The notes: a model not told the origin generated them from the sequence alone. Numbered from the stretch's first letter, positions 50,623-61,475 are shown. The stretch: 64,000 nucleotides of DNA from Nitrosopumilus sp. (GCA_965205675.1 OZ242186.1:1504001-1568000), one strand, 5' to 3'. Numbers and translations: made by a program.

Positions 50623-51345
50623 CTAAGTATATTGAACTGGTTTTTTAGTAGGATCCAAACGATTCCAAAATAACCCAAGAATCAATCCTACAGAAATCCA
50701 AAAAGAAGAAAGGCCCAAAATAGACATTAAACGAAATTCAGTTACAAGATTCATTGGAGCAGTTACTTCATCAGGATTATCAGGCATCAAGAAGAAAATA
50801 GTGGAAACAAAAATACCATATCCAACTAAAGAAATGAATTTTTTATTAAGTTTTTTAGACAACTTGTAAAAAGCAAGAGCACCAAATCCAGATAGTCCAA
50901 TAAAAGACAGATAAAGAAGTGTTCTTAAGACAATAGTTTCACCATCACCTACAGTGGGAGGATTCGCAGGATATTTGAGAAAAGGTATAAAGTATAACGT
51001 AAACCACATCATTCCAGCTAGTAAGATAGATTTTTGCACATCATTACTTCCAGGCAAAGAGTTTCGAGATAAAGCATAAACAATACCAAACAAAGCACCC
51101 ATAGACATTCCCAGAACAATGCCGGCATAGATTAATCCACTTTTCTGCCACATTCTATAAGCATTATATTCTGCCCAAAATTGAGGAGTATTTTCAGCCT
51201 CACCAGAATCAAATAAATTCTGATTTTCAATTCCTATTGCTTGATCAAGATAAGGTTCTATAATTACAAAATTCACAGTTCCAAGAACTAGTCCTGCTAG
51301 TGCACCAGAGACTAGTACAATAGTTATGAAAATAATAGTTTTCAT
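50623..51345 (-). CDS. cbtA: Putative cobalt transporter subunit CbtA
   Basis: EPYLDQAIGIE, PFLKYPANPPTVG, FRLMS. Confidence 0.9.
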   Translation of the reverse strand: MKTIIFITIVLVSGALAGLVLGTVNFVIIEPYLDQAIGIENQNLFDSGEAENTPQFWAEYNAYRMWQKSGLIYAGIVLGMSMGALFGIVYALSRNSLPGSNDVQKSILLAGMMWFTLYFIPFLKYPANPPTVGDGETIVLRTLLYLSFIGLSGFGALAFYKLSKKLNKKFISLVGYGIFVSTIFFLMPDNPDEVTAPMNLVTEFRLMSILGLSSFWISVGLILGLFWNRLDPTKKPVQYT

Positions 51346-51355
51346 TTCTCATCAC

Positions 51356-51592
51356 TTAATGACAAGGAAAGCCTGCTGCATGTCTCATATCATGAGTAAG
51401 CTCATGAATTATAAGAGGATCAATTCCCCCAGAAGAGCTATCTTCAGCAAACACAAAATTTACAATTTGTCCGTTATCAAATGCAACAACAAACAATCCT
51501 ACAACAAACACAACTGCCAAAACAAGAATTGCTAGTTTTGGAACATCGGATTTGGATACTGGGATTTGTCGGGATTCAGACATGAAAAACAA
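51356..51592 (-). CDS. cbtB: Putative cobalt transporter subunit CbtB
   Basis: HELTHDMRHAAGFPCH. Confidence 0.92.
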   Translation of the reverse strand: MFFMSESRQIPVSKSDVPKLAILVLAVVFVVGLFVVAFDNGQIVNFVFAEDSSSGGIDPLIIHELTHDMRHAAGFPCH

Positions 51593-51904
51593 GGTTCTCT
51601 GAATATATTTAAGCTCTTGGATGATGAACTTTGTTTCCTAATTATACAATCTAGGCTCAAAGTATCATTGAAGAAGACTTGGATCATAAATTTTCAGGCT
51701 CAAATAGTGTAATTGGGAAACAAAGTTGGATGATGGCGTTGTTTATAAATAAATCAGGAATTGTTAATGAAGTTTGTTAGTACAGATCCTGCAGGGAAGG
51801 TCTTTTTGATAGAATTTATCTAGCCAACACACTATTTCAACTACTAACAATTAGACAGCATCACTAAAGTAAGCCACAAATATAGCAAATTCGGGTAATA
51901 ATCC

Positions 51905-52276
51905 ATGGAAAACATGATAATAAATCATCTGCATGATCTTTATGGGTTAAATCCACACATACCACATCTAGCATTTCAATTCCCCAGATTGCCTCCAGGA
52001 TTATCAAACCCTATGTTCAAAATCCAAGAGAACCCCATGAAGAAACAATTCTTACAAAATGCAGATAATATGGCTCAAAAATTAAAAGGATTCCAACACA
52101 TGTATCAGCAATATGCCGCAGGTCTACTTACTATGAATTCAACCGTGATTCCTCCAGGCCATCCGGCATACACTAGACAAAATTCCATAGAAACATTGCA
52201 AACTGAAAATGATAAACTGTTAAAAGAAAATTTAGAATTAAAGAAGAAATTAGGAAAAGAGACAAATTCTAAATAA
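51905..52276 (+). CDS. Hypothetical protein with C-terminal coiled coil
   Basis: IPPGHP motif; leucine-zipper-like tail. Confidence 0.65.
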   Translation: MENMIINHLHDLYGLNPHIPHLAFQFPRLPPGLSNPMFKIQENPMKKQFLQNADNMAQKLKGFQHMYQQYAAGLLTMNSTVIPPGHPAYTRQNSIETLQTENDKLLKENLELKKKLGKETNSK

Positions 52277-52342
52277 ATTCTATTTTAATCTTGAAAATTA
52301 TAATCGCCAATACTCTTATTAATTTCAAAGAATAGTTTTATC

Positions 52343-52729
52343 ATGGCTAAAACTCCTGCAGACAAGTGGAAAGAAGCAGTCACCAAATATAGAAAGCAAT
52401 GCCAAAACATCTTAAAAATCTCTACAAATATCAGATATGCAGGAATTGTAAATGTATATGGTAGAACGATAACAGGAATTGTCAAACCTAATTTAAAACC
52501 TTTATTAAAATCAGAACAAGTTAAGAATGAATTTTTTATAATTTCAACTTTGATGTCTTTGAGAAAAGAGACTGTCAAGATTGTAGGAAAGTTAGAACAT
52601 ATTATTTTACAACATCAAAAAGTCACAATTATTATTTTACAGAAAAACAACATGACATACTATATTTCAATTAATAAAAAAGAAAAAGGCTCGGAGAAGA
52701 TTATCTCATCAATTAAAAAGATAATCTAA
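52343..52729 (+). CDS. Roadblock/profilin-like protein (DUF6659-like)
   Basis: IRYAGIVNVYGRTITG. Confidence 0.7.
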   Translation: MAKTPADKWKEAVTKYRKQCQNILKISTNIRYAGIVNVYGRTITGIVKPNLKPLLKSEQVKNEFFIISTLMSLRKETVKIVGKLEHIILQHQKVTIIILQKNNMTYYISINKKEKGSEKIISSIKKII

Positions 52730-53139
52730 GCTGGTGTAAATCCTTGATATCCACCTGTTTGCTCAGCTTTATCATCAAAACTTGGCTCAAATAAGGAAAT
52801 AAGATAAGCATCAGGATCTAAAATTACAGCATTTTTTCCTGCTTCTTTTTCAATAATATCACGATGAATCGTTATTCCTTTTGCTCTTAATTCCTCAACG
52901 GCGGATTTTACATCGCCTACAAGAAAACCTATAGTGATTCCGTTTTCAATAGAACTGCCAATATGTTGTGCAGTCAACGATGCTGGATGTAAACTCAATA
53001 AAGCACCAGAAGTACCCAAATCAATCCAGGATCTTCTCTGACTTTTGATTGGAAGTCCTATGATTTCATGGTAGAATTGTAGAGATTTGTCAATATCACT
53101 TACAGCTAAAATGACATTGCCTACCTTTTTGATGTTCAC
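52726..53139 (-). CDS. VOC/glyoxalase family protein
   Basis: VILAVSDIDKSLQFY, ILDPD. Confidence 0.9.
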   Translation of the reverse strand: MNIKKVGNVILAVSDIDKSLQFYHEIIGLPIKSQRRSWIDLGTSGALLSLHPASLTAQHIGSSIENGITIGFLVGDVKSAVEELRAKGITIHRDIIEKEAGKNAVILDPDAYLISLFEPSFDDKAEQTGGYQGFTPA

Positions 53140-53175
53140 ACGTATGGTAAGATCAAAGTTCTTTAAATCAATTGC

Positions 53176-53394
53176 TCATTGAACTTCAACCATAGTTTCA
53201 GTTCTATCTACACCATTAATTTTCTGAATTTGATTGGCCACTTCTTTGATTTGTACTAGTTCTTTAACATCTATTATGGCAACTGCATCAAACTGTCCAC
53301 TAGTTGGAAATGAATCTGTAACTGTAGAAATTTTTCTCAATCTTGCAGCAATTAGTTTTTTAGGAGATTTGACTAAAATGATTGCCCTTACCAT
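53176..53394 (-). CDS. Stand-alone Lrp/AsnC ligand-binding domain protein
   Basis: SGQFDAVA, IQKINGVDRTET. Confidence 0.85.
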   Translation of the reverse strand: MVRAIILVKSPKKLIAARLRKISTVTDSFPTSGQFDAVAIIDVKELVQIKEVANQIQKINGVDRTETMVEVQ

Positions 53395-53627
53395 CCCATG
53401 TTAACCTCCACTTCAATTAATGTTTCAGTTGTGACAATGTCTTTGATTTTCTTAAAATCGATAACCATATTGTTAATTTCATCAATATTGCCTTGTAATA
53501 GTACACTTATGTCAGCCCTACCTGCTACAACCATAATCTGTTTTACAATTCTTCGTTTTTTCTTTAAAATATCTACAACTGAATCGACTGTACCAGGTTT
53601 AACAATAATCAAACATAATGCACGCAT
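53388..53627 (-). CDS. Stand-alone Lrp/AsnC ligand-binding domain protein
   Basis: LIIVKPG, AGRADI, IVTTETLI. Confidence 0.85.
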   Translation of the reverse strand: MRALCLIIVKPGTVDSVVDILKKKRRIVKQIMVVAGRADISVLLQGNIDEINNMVIDFKKIKDIVTTETLIEVEVNMGW

Positions 53628-53661
53628 ATATTCTATACATTACCTAATCTGATAAAGATTT

Positions 53662-54054
53662 CTAGTCAAATGCTTCCTGAGAACGTGCTTCTTCAAGATA
53701 GGCTCTTCTCTCCTCATTAACTTTTTCTTGATCAATTTCAATATCATCATCTACTATGACTATGCCCATATCCCCAAGGGGTTCATTTTTACCTTTTTTT
53801 GTTTTTGCTTTTGATTTGGTACCTTTTGTGGGTTTTGCTTTTGATTTGGTACCTTTTGTGGGTTTTGCTTTTGATTTGGTACCTTTTGTGGGTTTTGCTT
53901 TTGATTTGGTACCTTTTGTGGGTTTTGCTTTTGATTTGGTACCTTTTGTGGGTTTTGCTTTTGATTTGGTACCTTTTGTGGGTTTTGCTTTTGATGTTGC
54001 TTTTTTAGCAGGTGTTTTTTTCACTTTTTTCTTTGTAGCTTTTTTTTCAGCCAT
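53662..54054 (-). CDS. Histone H1-like Lys-rich protein with acidic C-terminus
   Basis: (KAKPTKGTKS)x6 followed by IVIVDDDIEID. Confidence 0.8.
   Translation of the reverse strand: MAEKKATKKKVKKTPAKKATSKAKPTKGTKSKAKPTKGTKSKAKPTKGTKSKAKPTKGTKSKAKPTKGTKSKAKPTKGTKSKAKTKKGKNEPLGDMGIVIVDDDIEIDQEKVNEERRAYLEEARSQEAFD
53803..53995. repeat. Perfect 30-bp tandem repeat, about 6.4 copies
   Basis: Unit ttttgcttttgatttggtaccttttgtggg. Confidence 0.97.
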
Positions 54055-54110
54055 GAATGTCGAAAATCAAGAGGGCATGGTGACTTTTAAAGATTATGCA
54101 GAATTAATTT

Positions 54111-55157
54111 TGTTATCTTTTCCGGAAATTATTTCACCCCTTAACTAGGAGAGCATCATTCCCATACTATCGTATGCGTGGGTATCGTGGTATACCTATG
54201 GTAAAGTTAGATGAGAATAAGATCAGGTGGATTATACAATCTAAAAATGAAAAAGTCAAGAATTTAGATATTTCAGTAATCCTCAAGATAACGCCTAGAA
54301 GAGTACAACAAGTCTACTCTCAGTACAAAAAAACCAAAAAGATTCCCACACTCAAAAGGCCAGGGCGTCCAAAAAAGCCAGTCACTGTACACGAGATAGA
54401 GCTAGTCAAACAAGTTCAAGAAAAATACCACACAAACGCACTATGCCTTGAGAAAATCATATCAAAATTGTGCAATACCAAGATAAACCACAATCGCATC
54501 CACAAGATTATGCTAGATGAAGGATTATCAGTTGAGCAACCACGGAAAAAGATGAGAAGAAAGTGGATTAGGTATGAACGTGAATATTCAAATTCATTGT
54601 GGCATACTGACTGGCACACAATACATGATTCACGTTGGGCAGGAAAACAACTAATTGCATTTGAAGATGATGCCTCACGATTTATCACGGGTTTCGGAGT
54701 GTATGATGAGGCAACATCTGTGAATTCTTCTGCAGTACTATCTGATGCAATAAAGAATCACGGTAGACCAGCATCTGTACTATCTGATAATGGAAAACAG
54801 TTCACATCAAATGTCAATACTCTTGATCATAACAAGCCAGTAGACTTTGAGCAGCAACTAATGAGACATCACGTAAAGCACTCTCGTACAAGAGTGAGAC
54901 ATCCACAAACAAATGGTAAGCTAGAAAAGTTCTGGGATATCTTTGAGTGTAAAATAGAATACTTTGAGTCAGTGGAGCAGTTTATGCATTGGTACAATCA
55001 CATTAGAGTTCATGGCGCACTAGACTTGGATAACATGGAGACACCATCTGATGCGTATCACTCTAAGATGATAACAAACGAAATACTCATAGACCCAAGT
55101 ATTCTATGGAGGAATTACTCATGAAAGTGACACGAAATAATTTTTGGAAAGAACACA
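54111..55157 (+). mobile_element. IS481-family element
   Basis: TGT...ACA imperfect TIRs (tgttatctttccggaaattatttc / gaaataatttttggaaagaacaca); flanking gaattaattt duplication. Confidence 0.9.
54174..55124 (+). CDS. IS481-family transposase (rve core)
   Basis: WHTD, DDASR, SDNGKQF, HPQTNGKLEKF. Confidence 0.92.
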   Translation: MRGYRGIPMVKLDENKIRWIIQSKNEKVKNLDISVILKITPRRVQQVYSQYKKTKKIPTLKRPGRPKKPVTVHEIELVKQVQEKYHTNALCLEKIISKLCNTKINHNRIHKIMLDEGLSVEQPRKKMRRKWIRYEREYSNSLWHTDWHTIHDSRWAGKQLIAFEDDASRFITGFGVYDEATSVNSSAVLSDAIKNHGRPASVLSDNGKQFTSNVNTLDHNKPVDFEQQLMRHHVKHSRTRVRHPQTNGKLEKFWDIFECKIEYFESVEQFMHWYNHIRVHGALDLDNMETPSDAYHSKMITNEILIDPSILWRNYS

Positions 55158-55166
55158 GAATTAATT

Positions 55167-56556
55167 GTAACTGTCTAGAGTTTTGAAGTACTTTCTTTAA
55201 TATTTTTTATCTATATCTTTTCTGATCAGTGACAAATTACAATATACAATTGTCAGTATATGATGAGCTGGAATATTATCGTAACAGATGTCGCTCGCTG
55301 GAGCAAGAAAACCGTCAGTTACACAGAGAAATTGCAGAACTAAAACAAACAGTGTCTACACTTGTTGCAAGAAATATCAAAGCAAAACCAAACAAGACTG
55401 AAACTGCAAAAAAGAAGAAAACATCAAGACATCCTAGAAAAAGCAGAAGCAGACGGGCACACATTGATGATGCCATTACAGTTGACCAAAAAGAGTGCAA
55501 CACATGTGGCAAATCACTCTCAGAACCAACTGATTCATACACCAGAATAGTAGAAGACATCATTCCTGCAAAAGCAGTTGTGACAAAATATACGATAGTT
55601 AGACGATACTGCACAAACTGCAAAAAACAAATCTCAGGTAACATTCACACTGTACTGTCAAATGAAAGGTTTGGAATTAGGCTCATGGTGCTAATCATAT
55701 CACTGAAAACTATCGGATTATCGTATGGTAAAATATCTCATCTTTTGCAGATGCTCTTCTCACTGCACATTACAGAATCTGCAATTAATCATGCAGTATC
55801 AATAGTATCAAAAGCATTTGGGAGCAGATATGATACAATGATTGTAGAGTTAAAAGAAGATCTAAACATACATGGTGATGAGACAAGTTGGAGGATAGAT
55901 GGCCAGAACCACTGGTTGTGGGCATTTGTGAGTAAATGGACTGTAATTTACGAGATTGACAAATCACGTTCAATGGATGTTCCCAAGAGAATTCTCAAGG
56001 GATATGATGGCAACATTACAAGTGATTCGTACCCTGCATGGAACCATGTTGGAAGCACTCACCAGAAATGTCACATCCATTATCTCAGAGAGGTTAATGA
56101 TACCATTAATCACAAGAATCCCGGACCAGAATTTGCACCATTTGCCAAGAATCTCAAGAAAATAATTTATGACTCTCATGGTGTGGCAAAAATAAAATCA
56201 GAATCAGAAAGAATCCATGCAAAAAAGAATCTTGAAAGGAGAATTAATCACATCATATCAAAAAAATACACAGAGAAAAACTGTATCAGGTTTGTAAAAA
56301 GATTGAAACGTGAGAGAAAAATGCTTTTTACATTCCTAATTACTGGAACTGATTCACACAATAACACAGCAGAGAGGGCAATCAGACCAAATGTGATAAT
56401 TCGTAAAATTACAAACGGTCATAGAACCATTCATGGTGCTGATTCTCATAAGATACTGATGAGTATAAAGGAGACATGCAGATTACGAGGATTAAACTTT
56501 CATGATTATTCTTTAGAATATCTTGGAGATTTTACTTCAAAACTCTAGACAGTTAC
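55167..56556 (+). mobile_element. IS66-family element (single-ORF, ISBst12-like)
   Basis: Perfect 24-bp TIR gtaactgtctagagttttgaagta; 8-bp TSD aattaatt. Confidence 0.93.
55229..56548 (+). CDS. IS66-family transposase
   Basis: Coiled coil, CxxC zinc finger, HGDETSW, QKCHIHYLRE, NNTAERAIR. Confidence 0.92.
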   Translation: MTNYNIQLSVYDELEYYRNRCRSLEQENRQLHREIAELKQTVSTLVARNIKAKPNKTETAKKKKTSRHPRKSRSRRAHIDDAITVDQKECNTCGKSLSEPTDSYTRIVEDIIPAKAVVTKYTIVRRYCTNCKKQISGNIHTVLSNERFGIRLMVLIISLKTIGLSYGKISHLLQMLFSLHITESAINHAVSIVSKAFGSRYDTMIVELKEDLNIHGDETSWRIDGQNHWLWAFVSKWTVIYEIDKSRSMDVPKRILKGYDGNITSDSYPAWNHVGSTHQKCHIHYLREVNDTINHKNPGPEFAPFAKNLKKIIYDSHGVAKIKSESERIHAKKNLERRINHIISKKYTEKNCIRFVKRLKRERKMLFTFLITGTDSHNNTAERAIRPNVIIRKITNGHRTIHGADSHKILMSIKETCRLRGLNFHDYSLEYLGDFTSKL

Positions 56557-56931
56557 AATTAATTTTGTATCAAGTCGGACATATTTTATCGATCAAAATA
56601 GCCATCGGAGTTGACAAATAACACATAATTCACTTTATCATATAATGTCCAAATATCATTTTCATATAGAAATGAAGTGAAACAGCAAAATTGGCAGATT
56701 ATTAGATAATAGAGAACAGTGCATCATTAGTTAAAATTGAAGATCAGCTCGGGACAATCACATTTGTAAGAAATTCCAACTATACACAAGGAAGGACAAC
56801 CACGCCAAGAATAAAGATCACAACTAAAAATGTTTAAAGTGGATGGAAATCAAGCTAGCAAATTTCATACCACATTAGTAATAGTCAATAAATTCAAAAA
56901 TGACAGACTTTGAGAAGACATTAACAATAGA

Positions 56932-58251
56932 CAGTAGATGGGAAAGTAACTCAAGTTACACATTCTAGAAAATAATTATTTTTGTTATTTCTAAAATAAT
57001 GAATAATTATCTTTACAAAGAAATATTTGAGAATTTCAATTGATATTATTGGTTTGTGATTTTGTACATTAGTTTCTTCTGAGATAATCAAATTAGCAAT
57101 TATCCATGCATTGTACAAAATCAATGAATAGTAGAAATACAACAATCTTATGGATTGGTTTGAACTGGTGGTTTTTGGTCTGAACCTTCCCACACATGCA
57201 TAGCCTGTTTCAATCCCCCAACGTTTCTTGTAATCAGTTGGAATGTTTTGTATGTTATATGATATTTCTTTTGGTGAAATATTTGTTGCAAACACAACAT
57301 ACTGATCAATAATATCTGATTTTTTTCTTGCATTTTTGTTTGGTAGAATAACTAGATTAAATGATTCTACATGTCCTGATGATGATTTTATTGTGTATGG
57401 CGAGATTGACTTTCTATCTCCATTAACGTATTGTACAATTGCATCTTTGATTCGAGAATTCTTTTTTGCAGGCATTAGAAATTTCAGATTCTTTTGTTTT
57501 ATTTCTGAAATTGTTCCAGCTGTGAAAAACTCCCTATCCACTAGCAATAGTTTAATCTTGATTCCATTATTGATGCCATCAGAGAGTAATTTACGCACAA
57601 AATCGGCATTTGATTTGTTGTCATACAAAGGATAACAACCTAATTGAGCCCTGATTCTTTTTTCAACGCACTGCATGGTGCAGTAACTCTCAAAATGAGT
57701 AGTACTGTTTTTTGATTTTGATTTTATTAAAGAATGGTTTGGCAATTTGTCATATCTTGGGATTAGATGTTTGTCAATTGCTACAGTAACTGGTTGTTCC
57801 AATACTCCCAGTTCTTGTAATTTTGATACTGTACTATCTAGTGACTGATGTAATTGAATTTGCATTGTTTTTTGTGATATTTTTGATATGATTTTTCTCA
57901 ACCATGAAACCAGTTGGAGAATGATTCTGGGATTCCATTGCCAGTCTCTTTAATCCAGATTCAGAGTATGAATTTCCCAAACACAATGACATGACAGAAT
58001 TATGTGCATCTGCATTGTGGAACCGTGAGTTATTTTTACTAGAGCATGGAAACAATAAGATATTGTACATTATTTTAGTGATAATCTCAAATGCTTTAGA
58101 TAGTATCACGCCTTGGCGTGTCATGGTATCAAATGAAGTACAATGCATATTTGATGGAGTGACATACTTCCATCAAGCTTTTTCTATCTGAATAGATTGA
58201 TTGAATAATTGATAGTTTTTGATCTAAATTGAGTTACTTTCCCATCTACTG
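56932..58251 (-). mobile_element. ISH3-family element; transposase split by a frameshift (57834-58148 and 56951-57901)
   Basis: Perfect 23-bp TIR cagtagatgggaaagtaactcaa; 5-bp TSD ataga; AID, VDREF, YKKRWGIETGY. Confidence 0.92.
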
Positions 58252-58453
58252 ATAGACAAATATCTTCAGGTCTCGTCAAATGTGTATCTAAAAAAATCAG
58301 CGTGGTAATTTTTAGAGGAACTTCATGTAATCCAAAACAAGATTTTCAAATACATCCCAATTGTAAAGAAAGGTGAAAGTAAGAGCAATTGTTGACAGAT
58401 ATGCCGATTTTAAAAATAATAAAATCTGAAAAAATTATGTTAAAAGTGATATA

Positions 58454-59595
58454 GTTTAGGCATATAAATTTTGAACGAATTATCAACTATTTTAACCCAA
58501 AAGATCTAGATCATAGTTTATACGTACAGAATCATGTCAAAACAAACTAAAGCATTAATGGTATCTTCAGGAAGCCATTTCATGAAAGGAACAAGCATTA
58601 ATTTTTTAAGAAAAACATGCAAGAATGAAAAAAATGCAAAAGCGAAGATAAGATTAAAGTCTGCAATACTAAGAAAACAAGATATTCCGTATTCTGTGAT
58701 ATGCGCCAGTTTGGATGTCATACCATCAACTCTGTCCTACTGGCTAAATCGAATGGATAAAGAGGGAATAACTGCATCACACCGTAAGGAATATTCTGGC
58801 TCTAGATGTTTCTTAAATAAAAAACAACTAGTGTCATTAAGAGGTGATCTAATTTCAGGTCCAGAAAAGTTTGGATTCAATCAATTCATGTGGAGTACAA
58901 GAATGGTAATTACACATGTGAATAAAAAATACAACACGCTATACTCTGCAAGAGGAATGCGTGAATTGCTGCACAGAATCGGATTCTCATCTAAAAAACC
59001 AAGACAGACTCATCACAAATCAGCCTCAAAAGAGGAACAAACCCGTTTTAAAAAAACGCAAAAAGGAGTATCAAAAAATATTCCAAATTGGGATACACCA
59101 CACTATGTCTGGACGAGTCAACAAATAAAGTAGCACCCAACATAAAGCGCGGATGGTATCTTGCAGGCAATAACATTACCACACCAATTAATTACACTCG
59201 AGAAAAATTTCAATCATTTGGTGCATTGGGCAATAACGGTGTATTTTTTTGCAGGTTCTATGATAAATCAAACACAGACTCATTTCTTGATTTTTTAGAA
59301 TCACTGCAAAAACAATTTGGTAAGAAATTGTTACTGTTTGCAGATAATGCATCATACCACAAAAGTGTCCGAGTAAAAGAATTTCTCAAAGCACCAAAAA
59401 ATAAAGTAATAATTAGATATTTTCCTGCATACACTCCAGAACTCAATCCAATTGAGATACAGTGGAGAGAAGAGAAAAATGGTAATGCCAATACATTCTT
59501 TGCAAATGGAACTGAAATGAGAAAACACATGCAGAAGAGACTAGATAATGGAGCGGTTCGAGTTGTTAAAGTGTTCAAATATTTAATGCCTTAAC
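58454..59595 (+). mobile_element. IS630-family element, type C
   Basis: TA flanks; imperfect TIRs gtttaggcatataaattttgaac / gttcaaatatttaatgccttaac. Confidence 0.9.
58534..59594 (+). CDS. IS630 transposase in two frames, probable programmed frameshift at TTTTAAAAAAA near 59050
   Basis: LDES, DNASYH, YTPELNPIE. Confidence 0.88.
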
Positions 59596-59605
59596 TACAA
59601 AACAG

Positions 59606-59679
59606 TGCCGCGGGCGGGATTTGAACGCGCGACAGCCCGGTCTTCAGCCGAGTGCTCTCCCAGGCTGAGCTACCACGGC
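59606..59679 (-). tRNA. tRNA-Phe (GAA), intronless, CCA not encoded
   Basis: GCCGTGGTAGCTCAGCCTGGGAGAGCACTCGGCTGAAGACCGGGCTGTCGCGCGTTCAAATCCCGCCCGCGGCA folds as a cloverleaf. Confidence 0.93.
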
Positions 59680-59723
59680 ACTTAGAAAAAAAGGATTATG
59701 ATGAGGAATTAAAGTTTGCCTTT

Positions 59724-60260
59724 TTAGATCTTCCAAGAGATATCTTGGATGTTTTTTCGTTTATTGATTAAACGACCCATTACAAAAAATAGATCAGATA
59801 GTCGATTAAGGTATTTTATGCAATTAGAGTTAATTTCATCTTTTTCACTTAGATGAACCGTCTGAGATTCTGCCCTTCTTACCACTGTTCTTGCATGGTG
59901 TAATTGCGCCGCAGAGAAATCTCCTCCGGGAAGTATAAAATTAGTTAGTGTGGGCAGCTCTGATTCAAATGTATCAATATATTCTTCTAATTTTTCAACC
60001 ATTTCTAATGATACTCTATTTTTTACTTCATTCAGACGAGGATTTGAAAGATCAGCACCTACTAAAAATAGGTCGTTTTGAATTTTAGTTAAGACTATCT
60101 CAATATCCTTGTCTAGAGAATTTGTAAGAACTATTCCTAATATGGCATTAACTTCATCTACTGTTCCATATGAAGCAATTCGAGGATGGGATTTTCCTAT
60201 TCTATAATTTCCTTGCAAACTAGTATTACCATCATCTCCTGTTTTGGTGTATATTTTCAT
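59724..60260 (-). CDS. pduO: Cob(I)alamin adenosyltransferase, PduO type
   Basis: IYTKTGDDG, YGTVDE, FILPGG, YLNRLSD. Confidence 0.93.
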   Translation of the reverse strand: MKIYTKTGDDGNTSLQGNYRIGKSHPRIASYGTVDEVNAILGIVLTNSLDKDIEIVLTKIQNDLFLVGADLSNPRLNEVKNRVSLEMVEKLEEYIDTFESELPTLTNFILPGGDFSAAQLHHARTVVRRAESQTVHLSEKDEINSNCIKYLNRLSDLFFVMGRLINKRKNIQDISWKI

Positions 60261-60351
60261 GATTTTCTTATTTTTAAGATTGCTATTATGTTTTCGAAAT
60301 TAATGGATATGAAAATTCATTAAGAGAAAACATTTGATATGATATAACAAA

Positions 60352-60885
60352 ATGATGATAGATTTTCTCAAAACTGCAGTCCATCTTAAAAAAATTCAAA
60401 GACAAGGATGGATTGATAAATTATCTATGAGTAATCCTGAATCCGTAGCAGATCATTCTTTTTCCATGGCAATAATAGGGATGATGGTATCAGATTTGGA
60501 AAATTATAACTCTGAGAGAATACTCAAAATGATACTGCTTCATGATTTAGCAGAATCAGAAATAGGAGATTACACCCCAGAACAAATTTCAGCGGAAAAA
60601 AAGAAAGAAATAGAAAATAAAGCATTTTTAAAAATTTTAGAAAATTTACCTAGTTCTATAAAATCACAATACTTGGAAATTTGGCAAGAATATCAAAAAC
60701 AAGATTCCTTTGAAGCAAAGATAGTAGATCAGCTAGATAGATTAGAAATGGCATTGCAAGCAAAAATATATCAAGATGAAGGATACTCGAAAGAAAAATT
60801 GCAGACTTTTTTTAATACTGCCAAAAAAGAGATAATTCATCCTAAACTAAAAGAGATATTTAGAAATATTGTAGAAGATGTGTAA
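60352..60885 (+). CDS. HD-domain hydrolase (YfbR/HDDC2-like)
   Basis: RQGW, ESVADHS, LHDLAE, DRLE. Confidence 0.9.
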   Translation: MMIDFLKTAVHLKKIQRQGWIDKLSMSNPESVADHSFSMAIIGMMVSDLENYNSERILKMILLHDLAESEIGDYTPEQISAEKKKEIENKAFLKILENLPSSIKSQYLEIWQEYQKQDSFEAKIVDQLDRLEMALQAKIYQDEGYSKEKLQTFFNTAKKEIIHPKLKEIFRNIVEDV

Positions 60886-61105
60886 AATGTTAGATAAAAA
60901 CGAATTAATTGATGCACAAAAACAAGTCATAGGAATTTTATTTGAATTGGTTAAAAGACTCCAAGCTAACAATGATCTAGACGAAGAATATTTTCAAATA
61001 ATACTAGAGGGTGTAGAAAATAACACCCGCGTTAGTAAAATTATTAATGAGAGGGCAGAAAATAGTAAAATTATATCTAGATTGTTAGAGCAATTAGAAA
61101 TTTAG
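60878..61105 (+). CDS. Hypothetical protein
   Basis: Clean ORF coupled to the HD gene. Confidence 0.65.
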   Translation: MCKMLDKNELIDAQKQVIGILFELVKRLQANNDLDEEYFQIILEGVENNTRVSKIINERAENSKIISRLLEQLEI

Positions 61106-61401
61106 TTGCCACAACTACAATCATCATCAGAAATAATTCTAAGATGAGCTGTTTGCAGATATTTGTCTTGTACATAATTTGCTAGATTTATTATTCTAAT
61201 TCGAGGTTCACGGGTAGTCCAACTCCCTTCATTTTCAAACCAAAATTCTATTTCATCAAGATCATATCTTTCATTTTGTTCAACAAGGTTTGTAAAAATT
61301 AGTTTAATTTCATTAATTTCTGATTCTGAGATATTTGATTTATCCTCAGTCATAGTGGTAATTTCATTTAATTTTATTATTACATTATTTGTAAGAGGCA
61401 T
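61102..61401 (-). CDS. Hypothetical protein
   Basis: Clean 99-aa ORF ending CSCGN. Confidence 0.7.
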   Translation of the reverse strand: MPLTNNVIIKLNEITTMTEDKSNISESEINEIKLIFTNLVEQNERYDLDEIEFWFENEGSWTTREPRIRIINLANYVQDKYLQTAHLRIISDDDCSCGN

Positions 61402-61475
61402 GTATTTTCTTATCAGAAGATTCTATACAAATCTTTAGAAGCAAAATTGTTATAGCAACTATTTCATTGTGAATC

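Noticed and set aside
53803-53995. 30-bp repeats as a CRISPR array
   Set aside because: Head-to-tail with no spacers and in frame within a coding sequence
53756-54148. Hydrophobic repeat ORFs on the plus strand
   Set aside because: Antisense frames of the Lys-rich repeat gene
56557-58450. A gene such as an integrase interrupted by ISH3
   Set aside because: Joining the flanks gave no open frame or recognisable motif
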